From NCBI RefSeq assembly GCF_006345805.1, contig NC_043013.1, positions 56,420,001 through 56,484,000 of the forward strand: a stretch of DNA of 64,000 nucleotides, written 5' to 3'. Made by a program: the position numbers and the translations under genes. The stretch is from Octopus sinensis. Taxonomy: Eukaryota. The notes under the pieces are model-generated. The model was not told where the DNA came from, ran no database searches, and saw only the letters and a program-made list of their open reading frames with translations. Positions 26,960 through 40,932 of this stretch are shown piece by piece. The stretch's first letter is position 1; the number at the start of each line of letters is the position of its first letter.

Positions 26960-29900
26960 ATCAATGATGCCATCAATGGGAATCAACCCTCTCATGTTGG
27001 AGTATAATTTGGCAGAAGTCTTTGATAAATTTATTATCTGACTTGAAAGATATCTTAGATTTATGAAACCAGGTGCAAACGATAAATTAGATTTATTTCT
27101 TTGAAGTTAGGAGATACAATGATTGGTTACTATGATGACAGAATCACCTGAAATGACAAAACAGAAGACGGAAACTAGCTTTGCATGTCATATAAGAGCT
27201 AAATACTTCATCGCATCTAAATTTATTGGTAACAAAAATATATTTGATGAACAAACAAGACATTATTCAATGAAATAACAGCATGGACAAAGTATTGGAA
27301 GGTCTTGTCGACAGATCTCAGAATATTATAGATTCTCTAAAGCATTTGTAAACAAGGCTGTTAGAAGTGCTTATTGTAAAGAAGGGAATCTGATCAACAA
27401 CTTAGTTTGTAATAAATTTGATTTTGCTTCATTTTATATTGAGTTTCTACATTTCATGTCCAAATAGAAGACTCCTCTATTAGTGCTACAAACGACAGTG
27501 CCACACATAATAACAATAATACATGTTATTGTTGTGGGAAATCAACAATAATTTATGTTAAAAACTTAGCTGTAAATAATGTCTTGTTTATATCCGTCTT
27601 AAATGTAAAATTGTTTGGATGTTTGGTAATGGAATGTCAACAAGGGTATTCTTTTGGTTGCATGTCGCTGAACGGCTTCCAGACGATTGATATCCTGGGC
27701 AAGATAGGGGTTCAAGACCGATGATGCAAATACCAGGTGAGGTCTTACCATAGCTATATAAAGCCGCAGATAGATAGTCGGAGAGCGGTTCACAAAGGAC
27801 TTGGTGAGTGATGCCAAGACACCCTCAGCCTTCTTGACAATTTTAGTGATGTGTTTTGTCCAACGCAAATCACTGTCGACAATAACACCCAGGTCACGTT
27901 CACACGAAAACTTTTTGAGGTTAGTGTTGTGGAGGGAGTAGGTGGACACTGGGTTTCTCCTCCCAAAATGCATGGTGGTACATTTGTCCACAGCCAGCTT
28001 GAGTTGCCAGTCCATGTGTCCAGGTCTGCTTGCAATAGAAATCCATAGTGTACAGGATCTGACCTCTTTATTTCGAGGTACAGCTTGATGTCATCTGCAT
28101 ATTTCAGCACTGTGGCATTCTTTAAGTTGGCATCTATGTCATTAACATATGCAACAAATAAAAGTGGGCCAAGAACAGATCCCTGTGGTACACCTGATGT
28201 CATCTCATAGGGCGAAGAGTGCTGTCCTAGAACTATGACAACCTTTTTTCGACCGAAAATAAAGGGCTTCAACCAGTTATAGAGTTATCTTTCAAAAGAT
28301 TGGGTTGTATTAAAACATAAATCATGTCAAAAGGTTGTAATCTGTTGATGGAGACAGGTGGAACTGAATTTGAAAGCGAATTCTAAGAACGCTGAACAAA
28401 ACCCTTGCTTTCTTATAACAAAAGTTTTCATTGATTTTGGAATACATTCTTGAGTATTCCTGAATTTTCCCAATTTCAGTCATTTGAGACAGAATTTAAT
28501 GGTAAACTCTCAGCCTTAACTGTGTCTGCTGCACAAGCTGATCAGAAATTTAATAGCATATTTGACAAAAACTTCAAAACTTTGATTATTCCCTGAGTAA
28601 AATTCAGAAATTTAGACGGAAGCATTACCAATCCATTGCTCCATTGGTTCTTTGAAGATCTTCAATTCATTAATTCTAAAATTCATAAACTATTAGCTGA
28701 GGGAACAACTAAATCCTCTAAGTTGTTATTATGTTCTCAAGAGTTTGCAGTTATTAAAAATATTGGTAGCCTTTGATTTTTGTCATCCAAGATATTTTTC
28801 ATTTACCCAATATTCTACATTCTGTTACTTACAGCTTTATTTACTCTGAGTTCCACTGTTAAAATGATTTATTTCACATCCCTCGAAGTTTCTGAATTCT
28901 TATGACACAAGCAGCATCCAACTACACAGATTCTATTAATTGATACACTCAATTGGGCCAGATGCATTTCCTGTTCTCTTCATTCATCTTGTTTCTAAAT
29001 GAAAATTCTTGCAAATTATTGTTTCCACACTGCTGAGCTTCGTAATCATATTACCAACCACCAGTGCGTCTTTGGGGAGTGACATTTTACAGGTATTGAA
29101 GCAAAGAATGAATTATTTTGATTTCTGTAAATGCCATTTGGAGTTTACAATCAGAGTACAACTAATGGTTTTTATCAGAATAAGAAGAGAAATTGTTGAA
29201 AACTAATAGGGGTGGCTGGAGATAGTTCATTGTCTTGATGCTGTGGTGCTATGTGGTAGAAGAAAATAAAAGGATCCAAAATGAAAATTTGTAAGTCTCT
29301 TTGGCTATACCCAAGAGGTAGGTCACTCACACAACTCTTGAAAAGATAAATTCAAGGTGACTGAGTTCTCTTTCTTTGGTCACATATTTAGAGGTGGCAA
29401 CAAGTTACTTGACCTTTCATAGCCATCTGGTTTCTTTGTGCCTGGAAAATCCAAAGAATTTAAATATGTCATTATTGAATGTTATCAAAAATAAAAACTT
29501 TTGTTAAACTTGTCACACCTTTGTTTGGAGGTAAACAACTTCAGTAATGGCCAATATTGGTGAAATGTCTTGAGACAATTGAAAAACTCAAAGACAATGA
29601 GACAATAACTTCATTACCAGTTGCAACAACTTGTCCCCTACTTATTCACGTATTGCCAGCTGAGTAGCCAATTTGCATCTATTCATATACAATGGTATTT
29701 AAAAGAAATAACTCACTTTAAATTTAGAAATTCTTGAAACAGTCTAATCAGTTGAAAATTGAGATATTACCTAAAAGCACAAAAGCTTGTTACACCTGAG
29801 CAAACAGTAGTTTTCTTCTAGGAAGCCTGACCTAAATCTTTCACTAAAAATGCCAATGAAGATCTCATAGAAAATACAATACTGTCCAAGAAGAAAGAAT

Positions 29901-30950
29901 TTGGTTGCAGATGTTCTAAGTAAAATTTCTGCAATTCCTAATAATAATGAATTGATTTGAAAATAATGAAGGAATGGATTTAACAATGATGATTGATGGA
30001 GAGATGAGACACTCGCAGCTTAAACAAGGAAGGAATGTTTATACAGCAAGATTAAACCGTAATAAACTATTAAGAAAACATTAGATTAAATTAGATTTTG
30101 TGATATATGTGTAACACTCATAACTCACTTTGTGAAAATTACAACAGGCCAACTTCTGCAATAAAAAAATTGTCTCTTTTTAATGAAGGATATAAAGCAA
30201 TTTAGTAAAATGGGAGACTCTTACTTTTGACAGCACTCAAAGAATTTACGTATTACCATTTCACATTCACTTCAGGGTAAGGAAGTTCTCACTCTATTAT
30301 TCAAAGCTTGTCCTCATTATTCCCTTTTCTCAGTGTTACAAGTTTTGTTCATGGTGGCCATGGCAATCAATTTAAAAGCACTGAATTTTCGGAATTTTAA
30401 AGTAGTTTGAATATTTATAAGACTAGAATGACTCTTTACCAATCTTCCTCATGTAGACAAAATGAACGTTGAAATGAAATGATATGGTAATCTACCCAGT
30501 CATGTTTAATGCAAACTAACAAGATAATAAAACAATGAAATTAAGAACAATCACTTGTTTTAATGAATCTTTAGGTTAACGAATTATTTTAATGATTGAT
30601 GCCTTCCATAGCTTTAAACATGCAATCATCTCAGCTAATAATACTTAATTTTCTACCAGGAGAAAGTTCAGGTGATTGTTATCCTTAATTCTTTCAACAT
30701 TGACAAAATCACTTCTTCATTAAATTTTCCCTCAGTAGATCCCAAAATATGTTTCCTTATCAAAAACAATCAGTTGAAAAAGGACTAGTCTCACCATCTG
30801 ATGCTGATGCTGATGTCTTTAATCCATTTCTATCGAGGAGAAGGAGAGCTGTGATACTCTCTCAACAAATCATTTATCACAAGTTCCTGGATCTGAAACA
30901 CGAGTATAACAATGGTGAAATCTTCAAAGCTTTATCCATGCCATTCTCTC
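26960..30950 (+). mobile_element. ancient Ty3/Gypsy LTR-retrotransposon gag-pol relic (many stops and frameshifts; LTRs not recognised)
   Basis: Motifs in Gypsy order: gag TRHYSMK*QHGQSI (about 27255) and CYCCG (about 27521); protease-like LLMETGG (about 28345); RT HFTGIEAKNELF*FL*MPFGVYN (29083-29150) and CLDAVVLCG (about 29230); FFGHIFRGG (about 29375); RNase H end LVADVLSK (about 29900); integrase FVHGGHGNQFKSTEFSEF...RQNER*NEMIW (30345-30490). Confidence 0.75.
27590..28285 (-). mobile_element. CR1-type LINE RT 3' fragment inserted in the Gypsy relic
   Basis: ORFs 27790..28272 (SGVPQGSVLGPLLF...KYADD) and 27599..28015 (ERDLGV...LEAVQRHATK). Confidence 0.9.
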
Positions 30951-31185
30951 TCTCTCTCTCTCCTCTTCTTAAGGAAACATGACTCTCGCAGTGACGTTAA
31001 CTGCATTAATTATAATACAGAGAAAAATAGACGATAGGGACATAGTAATGTATTACTCTAATACGGTTGGGACAATCTCCAGATATGAAAGCTAAACAAG
31101 GTCCACTTATTTGAATGACAGTACATCCTAGAAATAAACAATGACTTTCTGTGAATATGTGTGTGTGTGCGTGTGTGTGTGTGCA

Positions 31186-31298
31186 TGCTGGTATGGCTGT
31201 GTGTTTTAAAAATTCACTTCTCAGCCACATGATTTTTGATTCAGTCCCACTGCCTGGCAGCTTTGTGAAAGATTTGATAGACAGAAATTATAACAAGC

Positions 31299-31338
<40 letters not shown>
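31186..31338 (+). mobile_element. SINE family A, degraded 5' half ending in (TA)n
   Basis: GATTCAGTCCCACTGCCTGGCAGC...GATTTGATAGACAGAAATTATAACAAGCCCATC resembles 8635-8755. Confidence 0.65.
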
Positions 31339-31340
<2 letters not shown>

Positions 31341-31870
31341 CAAAACAAGCAACAAGGATATCCAGAGGTAATGCAGTACGATCGTTTCATGCGATTCCAT
31401 TTAATTGAACAATGAAAGTATTACATACATCAGTTTTAAAATGTAGAGCAATCTTCAGCTGCATACAAATATAGAATTTAGTTAAATTTAGAAGATTCAT
31501 TTTTATAGTTATTCCATTAACCAAAATCACAAAGAGGTTAAGTAGATAGACAGAGAAACACGTTTCATGAACAAAAATATAGAAGTAACTGATATTTCTT
31601 TCCATGAAGATACTGCTTGTCATTGGTTTTACTTTGTTGTTTAGATTTCCACCTGGGGTGGTGGTTTAAGATTATTCTATCAGGTCCAGTGGAAAAACAA
31701 GAATCTATCTTTTATAGATAGAGTAAAAGACAGTTTAAGTGGCAGAGCCATAAATCAAGATCCCTTTGAGGTAGAACCTCTGGATATCCTTGTTGCTTAT
31801 TTTGATTAGAATCATCCCAATTTGAATTATATGGATAATGCCATACCAAATTCTTGTGCCTTTAACTTAA
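31339..31870. mobile_element. Penelope-type mini-element with 31-bp inverted repeat and hammerhead, flanked by (TA)n
   Basis: 31339-31369 versus 31776-31806 match at 30/31 in inverted orientation. Confidence 0.7.
31371..31464 (-). ncRNA. type I hammerhead ribozyme with intact core and long stem II
   Basis: Minus strand: ATGCAG-CTGAAGA-[long stem II]-GAAAC-GATC-GTA-CTGCAT; 6-bp stem I and palindromic ACGATCGT stem III. Confidence 0.7.
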
Positions 31871-32279
31871 ATACCATATTCAACTGAATATATATATATA
31901 TATACATACTTCCACATACAAATGTGCGTATGTATTCCTATGTTTCTTTACACTTGCACCCTCCAAAAGCCACTGAACTTAAGTGATGATGTCATTTCCT
32001 CTGTCAACAAGTCTTCTGCTACCTTTGTTCCTTTGAAGAGATGAAATAATAGATCGCTTAACAAATAAAACAGACATGGCTTAGTAACAAGAAGAGTATC
32101 TACCTATAAAACAGATCCTCGATAAATAAAGTTAGAAAGAAGAAACTTGCATATAAACAACTAAACATATGAGAATTGAGTTCCTGACGAGGATCTGAGA
32201 GGAACCCAGAATGGGTGAGTGACTTGTAGAGCCAATATTCAAATAAAAATAGTTAAATGTAAACTCGTGATATGTACTT

Positions 32280-32700
32280 CATCATCATCATCAGCAGCAG
32301 CAGCATCATCATTGTTTAACGTCCGCTTTCCATGCTGGCATGGGTTGGATGGTTTGACTGAGGACTGGCAAGCAAGATGCACCGGCTCCAATCTGATCTG
32401 GCAGAGTTTCTACAGCTGGATCCCCTTCCTAATGCCAACCACTCCGAGAGGGTAGTGGGTGCTTTTACGTGCCACTGGCACAAGGGCCAGTCAGGCGGTA
32501 CTGGCAACGGCCACGCTCAAGAGATATTTTTTATGTGCCACCTGTACAGGAGCCAGTCAAGCGACACTGGCAACGACCTCACTCAAAGTTGTCTTTCACG
32601 TGCCACCAGCACAATGCCAATAAGGCGACGCTGGTAGTGATCATGCTCGAATGGTGCTTTTTACGTGCCACCCAGCATGGGTGCCAGTCAGCAGCCCTGG
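32280..32700 (-). mobile_element. RTE-derived 3' UTR/tail with several tandem units
   Basis: Reverse complement parallels 9790-10238. Confidence 0.8.
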
Positions 32701-34409
32701 CAGAGAAATAAATTCAACTAGTTTACAAATACAAGAGTGAGGGTGAAAATGCTATATAATACATGCATACAAAATCACAGGCACATATATACATACATAT
32801 ACACTATAAGTGCACACATATACACACACAATAGCATTCAAATTCTCACATATTTAATTGGAAATCAATTTTTTAAAAATCAATAAATCTCTCAAAAATA
32901 CAATAGTTAAAACAAAATATTATTAAAGGAAATAAAATACGAAAGATTACAGGTTAAATTGAATTAGAGTACTCCATGATTCTGTTTATTGAATTATTTT
33001 CCAAATTGTGTTTGAGTACCACCAAATGCACCAACAAGCATTTTATGAGACAATTGGTGTGGGAAACAGCAACATCTTGAGAGTAATCTATTTGAAGATG
33101 AATATGGTATATTAGTTTAAACTTTGCATATTGTTTATGCTTTGAATACAACTATTTTCTCACCATTTTAATGTCTTCGGAAGCACCATAGCAACACAGA
33201 TGCGTAATTTCTCTATTATTCCTTGGTTTGATTTTTCAAAAAACAGTGAATCAAAGTTCATCTTTATTCTCCTTATTTTTATTTTCTTCATTATTTTCTT
33301 GAAGCAAGATCTTCTTGTCATCTGGAATAAATTGTTCTTCCCCCAGTTGTTTTCCTTATTTCATGCTCACTTTTATTTTTCTTTGATTTTGTTTTGTTTT
33401 TTTCCTTTTCGTATTGTCATCAATTACTTGTTGATATTCATCTGAAATTATGATGTCTTCCTCATCGCTGGTGTAAGCGAATACTGCAGGATGGTATTGT
33501 GAGGGAAAATGGTATGTGCTCATCTAACAATTTGTGGTACTATGTTTAAAGACAACTTTGTTGCACTCCCAGAGTTTAAGCTAGTGTTGCTATGAAACTG
33601 GTGGTTGTTCTTTTTTTGTTGTCTCTCTTCATTATTTTTCTGCCTGGTTATTTCTCTAACACTTTCCGTTTCTTCCACACATTCACCTATAGAGTGTTTC
33701 ACTCCAACATATGTAACAACTGGATAACTTGTGTTACTTTTAGTGTGAACAAAGATTTAGCCCATTTCTATTCTTTCATAAGCAGACATACAGAATATTT
33801 TTCTTTACTCTTTCTTTCATTATCTCCAGTGGTAAAGAATTGCTGCTAGTTTTGCAAAATTCTCCTGCTTAAATTTTTGCCGGGTAACCACGATGCATAT
33901 AAAAATATCATGTTCGTTTTGTAATAAAGGAAGTTTAATGTTCATGCAACTGCTGTATAAATAAGTGGACACCTGTATTTGGAATCATGTGACTGTTCTA
34001 TTGCTATTTCTATTTTTGATCTTGTTGCCATCTTCTAGACAACTTATTTCAGGACTTGAGACAATTTGTACGATTAATTCTTCAGTTTTTCCATTCTTGT
34101 ATATTCAGTGCTTTTTTGATTTTGTATTGATGGTTCTTTTTTTTTTTAACCATTCTAGTGTTTATTCTTGTAGGTTAAATAAGCCTAGTTGCCATTTTCG
34201 GTGGGAATTGTGATTTGTGTAAATAATATTTTCAAAGCTTGTGAAACAACTCATTTTTTGTTGCATGCCCACCACATATTAATGGCTGCCCTTCACGAAG
34301 CAATTATAGCTCTTTGTATAAGCATCCCCAAAGAAAACTTCATCTGGTAATACTTGAACAAATTGTGTCTCGAAGGAGAATATAAAAAAAGTCTTTACCC
34401 TGCAAGAGT

Positions 34410-34420
34410 CAATAATTATG

Positions 34421-34464
<44 letters not shown>

Positions 34465-34500
34465 TACAGCAATGATGATGATGGTGATGATAATAATATT
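34410..34500. repeat. (AAT)n/(GAT)n microsatellite
   Basis: Direct reading. Confidence 0.9.
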
Positions 34501-34559
34501 ATGCATCTGCATCTGTGATGATGAAGGGAAATGGGTAATCCTTTAGATCTAATGAAAAA

Positions 34560-37085
34560 GGGATATCAAAGCCGAATGAAACAACGTAAGACACAAATAT
34601 TCATAAAAAGAAAGAAAATAAAGGAAAAGATTTTGGAATCTTTAATTGAATCAATAATAAAATAAAAGAACAAATAAAAAAGGAAACAAATGAGAGAGGA
34701 ACAAATAAGACAGAAGTGTAACATAAGAAGAAAAAGAAAGTCTGCAACAATCAAAGAACACTTGCAACAGAGGTTCCTGTTAAACTGTAAAGAATCCATC
34801 GATAGGAAAGCCATCAACAATTCTTTGAAGAGAGCAAACAGTTTTATTCCAACCAAAAAGGATTTTATCAAGAACTTGCGAAAAATAAAACAGCATCAAC
34901 ACCAGGGAGAAGGAGAAGAATTTAAGGGAAGAATATGGACAGCAAAAGAATCAGCAGAAAAGTGAATGGAAAAAACAACAAATAAAGGCATGTGAATTGT
35001 GATGGGTGGCCAAACCAGCAGAAATAGTATAAGAAATGCAGAAAGCATCTGAGACACATATTTATGTGGGTCAACTAAGATGATAGGAGAGTAGTTTAAT
35101 GAAATGGTGAGAGAACTGGAGACAAAACGTAAATGGTTCACCGGGGAAATAATCATCCTGGAGTCAATTCCCAAGCCTCCAGGCTTATAACATGCTTCCT
35201 TCAATCAAAAACTCTTGACAGCAATAACATTTGCATAGAGTGAATAAACAGTTGGAAAAAATTGTTTCCAGAAGAGCGCAAAGAATGCTGCAGAGGCTCA
35301 TATTTCTTTAAAAATCAATTACTGATCAATAAAGTCAAAACTGAAGATTGCCGAAAGAAAAACAATGGTCTGATATAGATTGATTATCCAAAGATGTTTG
35401 ATAATATTCCTCAAACATGGATCCTTTGTGGGGATTCATAACACTAGTTATGAATACGGTAGCACCAGAGATAAGAGGATACATGAAAGAGGTCATGAGT
35501 AAATGGTAAACAGTTCTGTAGTTAGAGACAAAAGAAGGAATTATATAAACAAACTGCATTTTCATTACAAGAATATCCCAAGGTCTGTCTTTTCTTGTCT
35601 TATGCATTTAATGACAATATGGTAAGGCAATCAAACATCTTTTGAATATGAAAGGTCTCAAGTATATGTTGCAAAGAATAAATAACTAGAAACACTACTA
35701 CACATAGTACACGGATTTAGTAGGGAAATGAATTTGAGGATATGGCTTCAAAAAATGCCCCAAGAGAACGTTGGCAAAAATAAATGAATAGAAATACTAA
35801 TATTGTACTAGATAAAAAAAAACGATATATTAGACTTACAAAAAAACGATATATTAGACTTACAAATACTTAGGAATCAGTGACTTAAAGAGCATACAAC
35901 TCACACAAATAAAGGAAGAAATATTATTAATAGAGTCGTTTGATACTTAAAACAGAGGTAAAATTGAGGTGATATACAGCAAAACTGTAGCTGCCTTAGT
36001 AATAATTTTTTATTGTAATATTCTTCATTGAATGTTAAATAAATTAACATGACTAAGAAGATAATCAAGAAAAGTAATGACTGCTTCTAGAATGCTCCAC
36101 CTAAAAATCTGACATAGAAAGATTATATTTATTATGAATTCAAAGTGACAACTAGAAAATTATTACAAAATATTTTGCTCCAAGACTACAAAAAATATCT
36201 CATACAGAATCGTGAAAAATTCATGCAAATAAGCACAAAACATGAACAGAGCAAACAACTGCTTTCTGTTAGCAAGAAAAGGAATGCAAAATGGTAGCTA
36301 AAATGACAGTTAACAAGAAATATTGTGAAAAAATTCTAAAACTGGGTTGGCTGCAAAATGCCTTTGTAAAATGATTGCAAGCAAAGCCTCTGTTTAGTGA
36401 AAATGTGAAAAACATTGAACAGAAGTAAAGAAGGAAGAGCAATAACACTGGCTGAGGAATGTGGTTCTCAAATCAGAGACTGAAGAATTCTTGATTTCAA
36501 TACAGGGTCATAATTTCCTCATGAGAAAATGGCAAATTTTTACCATTGAGTAGAAAACAATAAGAATTTGCAGAATAAGAGAAGATGGAAGAGAAACAAT
36601 AAAGTACATAGTCTTTGTCTGTGAAATTCTAACCAAGACAGAATCCATCAAAAGACATGGCAGAGTTGGGACTTTTATATACTGAAAGTTATATCAGCTT
36701 TATAAAATACTAACAGAAAAGAGTTGACATTAGCTTATATATCAGAAAAGATCTCCAATATTGGTAAAGGCTCCATAACCTAGCATATGCCAATATAAAC
36801 TGGATGATCATGATTAACCAATCAGATATTGTTGTCAAGAAGTACTTAGGTAAAAAAAGGCCTCCTAATCGACTTATCAGTCCTAATAGATAACATTGTA
36901 TCTCTAAAAGTAATAAAAAAATTTATTTAAATACAAAGATCTAGAAATAGAGATAATCCAAATGTGGGGACAAAAACAGGAACATGATAATAGGTTATTA
37001 GGTGCTTTGTGTATGGTGAAGACCATGCAGAGAAAAACCTTACCAAAACTGCAGTATTTTATGCAATTATATGTAAAATAGAGAA
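34560..37085 (+). mobile_element. decayed R4/Dong-type RLE non-LTR retrotransposon
   Basis: IDYPKMFDNIPQTWI (about 35380, RT motif); WLRNVVLKSETE...CRI...ETIKYIVFVC...KRHGRV (36450-36670, CCHC region); SDIVVK...LIDLSV (36820-36885, PD-D/ExK); LTKTAV end. Confidence 0.8.
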
Positions 37086-37089
37086 AATG

Positions 37090-37815
37090 GCACTGGTAAG
37101 CAGTATATGGAGTTCTTTGAAGATGATAACAGGTAACCAAAAGCAAAACAAAGAACAGCAGCACGTATCTGAGGCAGCAGACACAACTGCAGTGAAAGTA
37201 CATACAGGGATTTATTATAAGAACAAGATTCAAAATATTGAAGAAGAACAACTCAAAGAAAGAATTTAGATGGAAAATAAAACAAAAGAATGACCAATAC
37301 ATAGAAATGATGATCTACAAGAAACCAATGAAAGAATCACAACAAAACTGACCACAAACATAAAACAGCATTTAAAAAAAAAGGAAAATAAAATAGCAAA
37401 GATGGCTACATAAACAATAAATGAGATGTTAAAATACTGCAGAAATAGTTCTAAATGAACCTACCATACAAGGAATAAACAATAAATCAATGGCTAATCA
37501 ATAACTGACTGAAAGAACTAAAGTCCAAAATAAAAATGTACACCTGAAAAATCCCTGTTGGAATATTCAACCAAATATACAATCACAATATAAGTATATC
37601 CAAAACAACCAAATGTCTGTTAGCAGAATATATAAACAGACACACACTGCAGCCGATCGTGTTGAGTTTATATTGAGCAGGACCTGAGAAAAAGAAGAGA
37701 GCAAACCAGAATCAGTTGCTAGGGAACAAGGAAAATACCTACCCAGGTTACACAAGAATAAGAATCTCCAGGGAAGAACAATTATATGTAACAAAGACCT
37801 TTGGGATATTTTGTT
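37090..37815 (+). mobile_element. possible N-terminal part of a second R4/Dong-type copy, head to tail with the first
   Basis: A-rich coding-like sequence with KNPCWNIQ (PPWK-like); weak. Confidence 0.3.
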
Positions 37816-38748
37816 CATAGTAACAGACTGTGTGTGTATGGTCGGGCTGAATGGTCAAATCTGTTTAGTAATAATCATGGAGGGATTTGAGAGGAACTGG
37901 ATTTGAACCAATAAGAGTCTCACCTTCAGCCAAAACCACACTTTCAAAAAAATAAGAAGAAAATAAATTATATAAACAAATTGAAAAGATCACTTTACAT
38001 GCTGGAAATAGCAGCCAAATCTATCTCATCTTCTTTAGAAGGAAATATAATAAATATTGTAGTCTTAGATACACTAAAAAGAAAAGGCAGAATGAATATG
38101 TCTGGAATGCATATTTGATCATAGGTTTTCTGGATTAGAGTTAACCTGGTGTTAAACAGTAACAACAATAAGAGAGGTGCCTTATGTCTTCATGAAACAG
38201 GATGGTCATAGGTTGGAACAGGTTTGATTTGAAATCTTTTAGGTCAGTGATGACTTGAGAAGAAATAACATGAATAAGAATGGGGATGGTATATTAGATC
38301 GTGTAGACCGAGATACTCTATGGGGTCACTCTTTTGAAACCCTATTTCTGTTGAAACACACTGCTCTTGTCACCATTAATTTTGGAAATAAGGAAGAATT
38401 TCCTAAGGTAACTGTCATCATTAAGCTGGTGTTTGGAAGATAAATTAACCCAATGTTCTGATGGAAGATTTTAAGCAGAAGTCCTAATTGATAGAACCAA
38501 GGAAGGCCTCAGACAGTTTGGCACTAAAAGGGTTTGAAAAATGGTTAAAAGGGTGAAAAAAGCTTGAATGTTTTTGATCAGCGACCTGTTTGATTATGGT
38601 CTTCTCAGGGTTAAACAACAACAACAACACCAACATTAACAATTAACAAACGTCATTGATAGAAAATAGTTATATATTTCTTAGATACACCCACTACACG
38701 CATTAGGGATAGTTTGGTTAGTTGAAATTGTGATTAAGTCGTTAATAT

Positions 38749-38788
<40 letters not shown>

Positions 38789-39804
38789 TGGTAGTGTGTG
38801 TGTGGTGGGGTGGAGAATTGTCTAGAACTAGTTCTATATTTTGTAAGATATTGTATAGCATAAATATATTGTGAAAACTCAATATAGTGTTTCTGTGCAA
38901 ATCCCATTATGAAAGAATGCTTGCTTGCCAAGCTGCAGCATTTCATGACGTTACTCTTGGTCAAAGAGAAATGATAGACATAACCCTTGACATTTTTTTT
39001 CCCCCTTTTCCCATTCGAGATTGTTCAATAAAATGAGAAGTCTATTATATTTATTATATCGAAATCACATTGTCGCTGTATTAATCTATTAATATCGTAA
39101 TCAATGTATTGAGCCGATATTTTGGCAAATAACACATAATGTCTATCCTGCTTAAATATATAAAAGTCTTTGAAGAAATTGTTGGCCATTAAACGATGCT
39201 TATTCACACCACACTAACAATGGTATTTCTACAAATTCACCAGAAAACTGATAAAGGTTACATTCTTGTTCTTTTATGAGGTCTTCTATAAGCAAATTTA
39301 CAGACCTATCCACTTTCACTATGTAAACCTTGAAAAGGATGCAAACTTTGGAAACTCTACACTCTCTCTCTCCGAATGTGTGTTAATGTTTTATTTTATA
39401 TTAAATATTCTATGGAAGTTTCTAGTTAATTAAGATTGGCCTTCAGTTGCTAATTGGTGGAATGAACTCGAATCTTTCCAATAGCAAACGTTATATGATT
39501 CACTGATTGGAAGCAGTCATCCGTTATCTATGATTACTGAACTATTCCTACCTATTACATAAAGCACCAAAGATTTTCCTGACACTCGCAATAGCTATGT
39601 GCTCCATTGATTTAGGGAATTTTATCGCTTCTGTGTGAATCCTAAGAACCAAAGGTTGCATTAGATGGCACAAATTATCTGAAGGACATAGATTAGAAGC
39701 TGCTGTAGTATGAGAATAATTATAATAATAATAATAGCAATAATAGAACTGCTACTAATAATAATTATAATAATGATACTCAAATATAGTAATGATGATG
39801 ATGA

Positions 39805-39806
39805 TG

Positions 39807-39865
<59 letters not shown>
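39805..39865. repeat. (AAT)n microsatellite
   Basis: Direct reading. Confidence 0.95.
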
Positions 39866-39869
<4 letters not shown>

Positions 39870-40932
39870 TAGCTATTTCACAAATGTCTTGTATTAAGTC
39901 TTATAGATTCGAGAGAAATATATTTGATGAAGAAGAGGCAGTGAGAGAAAGGGATCGAAGTTGTAGATATAAGAGTATATTGGAAAACAATGTCTGGATA
40001 GAAGGAAATAGCAGCAGCAGCAGTAGTAGTAGTAGTAGAAGTAAGTGCAGTAGCGATATATATGTAGTGCTGAGGTATGAGTTTTGTGGGAGTTTGAGAG
40101 ACCATGACTGAAAAAGTGAAGGTTATGATCATCCAAAGTTGGGGTCGCACAAATCTGTAGTTATACCGATTCAAAAATACATAAAATGAATTGTTCAAGT
40201 AAAAAAAAGTTCGTCAATTTTCAGAGGAATTTTCAAAATTTGGATTTATACTCGCCATCCACGATAAACTCTCACCAAGTTATGGGCAAAAACTTCGGAT
40301 CTTGTGAATTTTCCACAGTCCTCCCCTATCGTTGCTTTCCACACATTTCTTTCATATTCGTTTCCTACACATTTCTTTTTACATCCATTTCACTATTTTT
40401 TCGTTTATTTCGTTTCCGGGTAATATTGTAAACATTAACCAAATTTTGAATAACAAAAATTAAATATCACAAGGGGGCATCAGGATTTTAGAAATGATTC
40501 TGTGGGGCATGGCCAAAAATCGATTGGGAACCACTGGTCTTACCACACAGCTATGCCTGCAATTTTCATAGATGCAGTGTTTCAAAACAGCCTCAAATGC
40601 CATACTGGTGTTGGATGTATGTACATGTTTATGTAGCAGTAGTGGTGGTGGTGATGATGATAATGGTATTAGTGTCAGTCTCAAATTTTGGCATAAGGCC
40701 AGCAATTCCAGGGGTGGGTTCAAGTTGATCCCAGTACTCAACTGGTACTTTATTTATCGACCCTGAAGGGATGAATATCAGTATATGCTTTAGCATTATG
40801 TTATGTGATTCCAAACCATTACAGCTATAACAAGGAACAAGCATTTGGAATGGTTTGCAGTGGCCTTCAGTTAAAGAAATTCTAGTGACATGCAGCATTT
40901 CTTTATACATCATGATATATATATATATATAC

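Noticed and set aside
27283-27400. GRSCRQISEYYRFSKAFV looked like a transposase helix-turn-helix
   Set aside because: It sits in frame with Gypsy gag motifs and is better explained as decayed gag.
35816-35863. 24-bp tandem duplication inside the R4-like relic
   Set aside because: Ordinary slippage duplication.
40470-40536. CAGTGGTTCCCAA hAT-like terminus on the minus strand
   Set aside because: Only one end is visible; insufficient to call an element.
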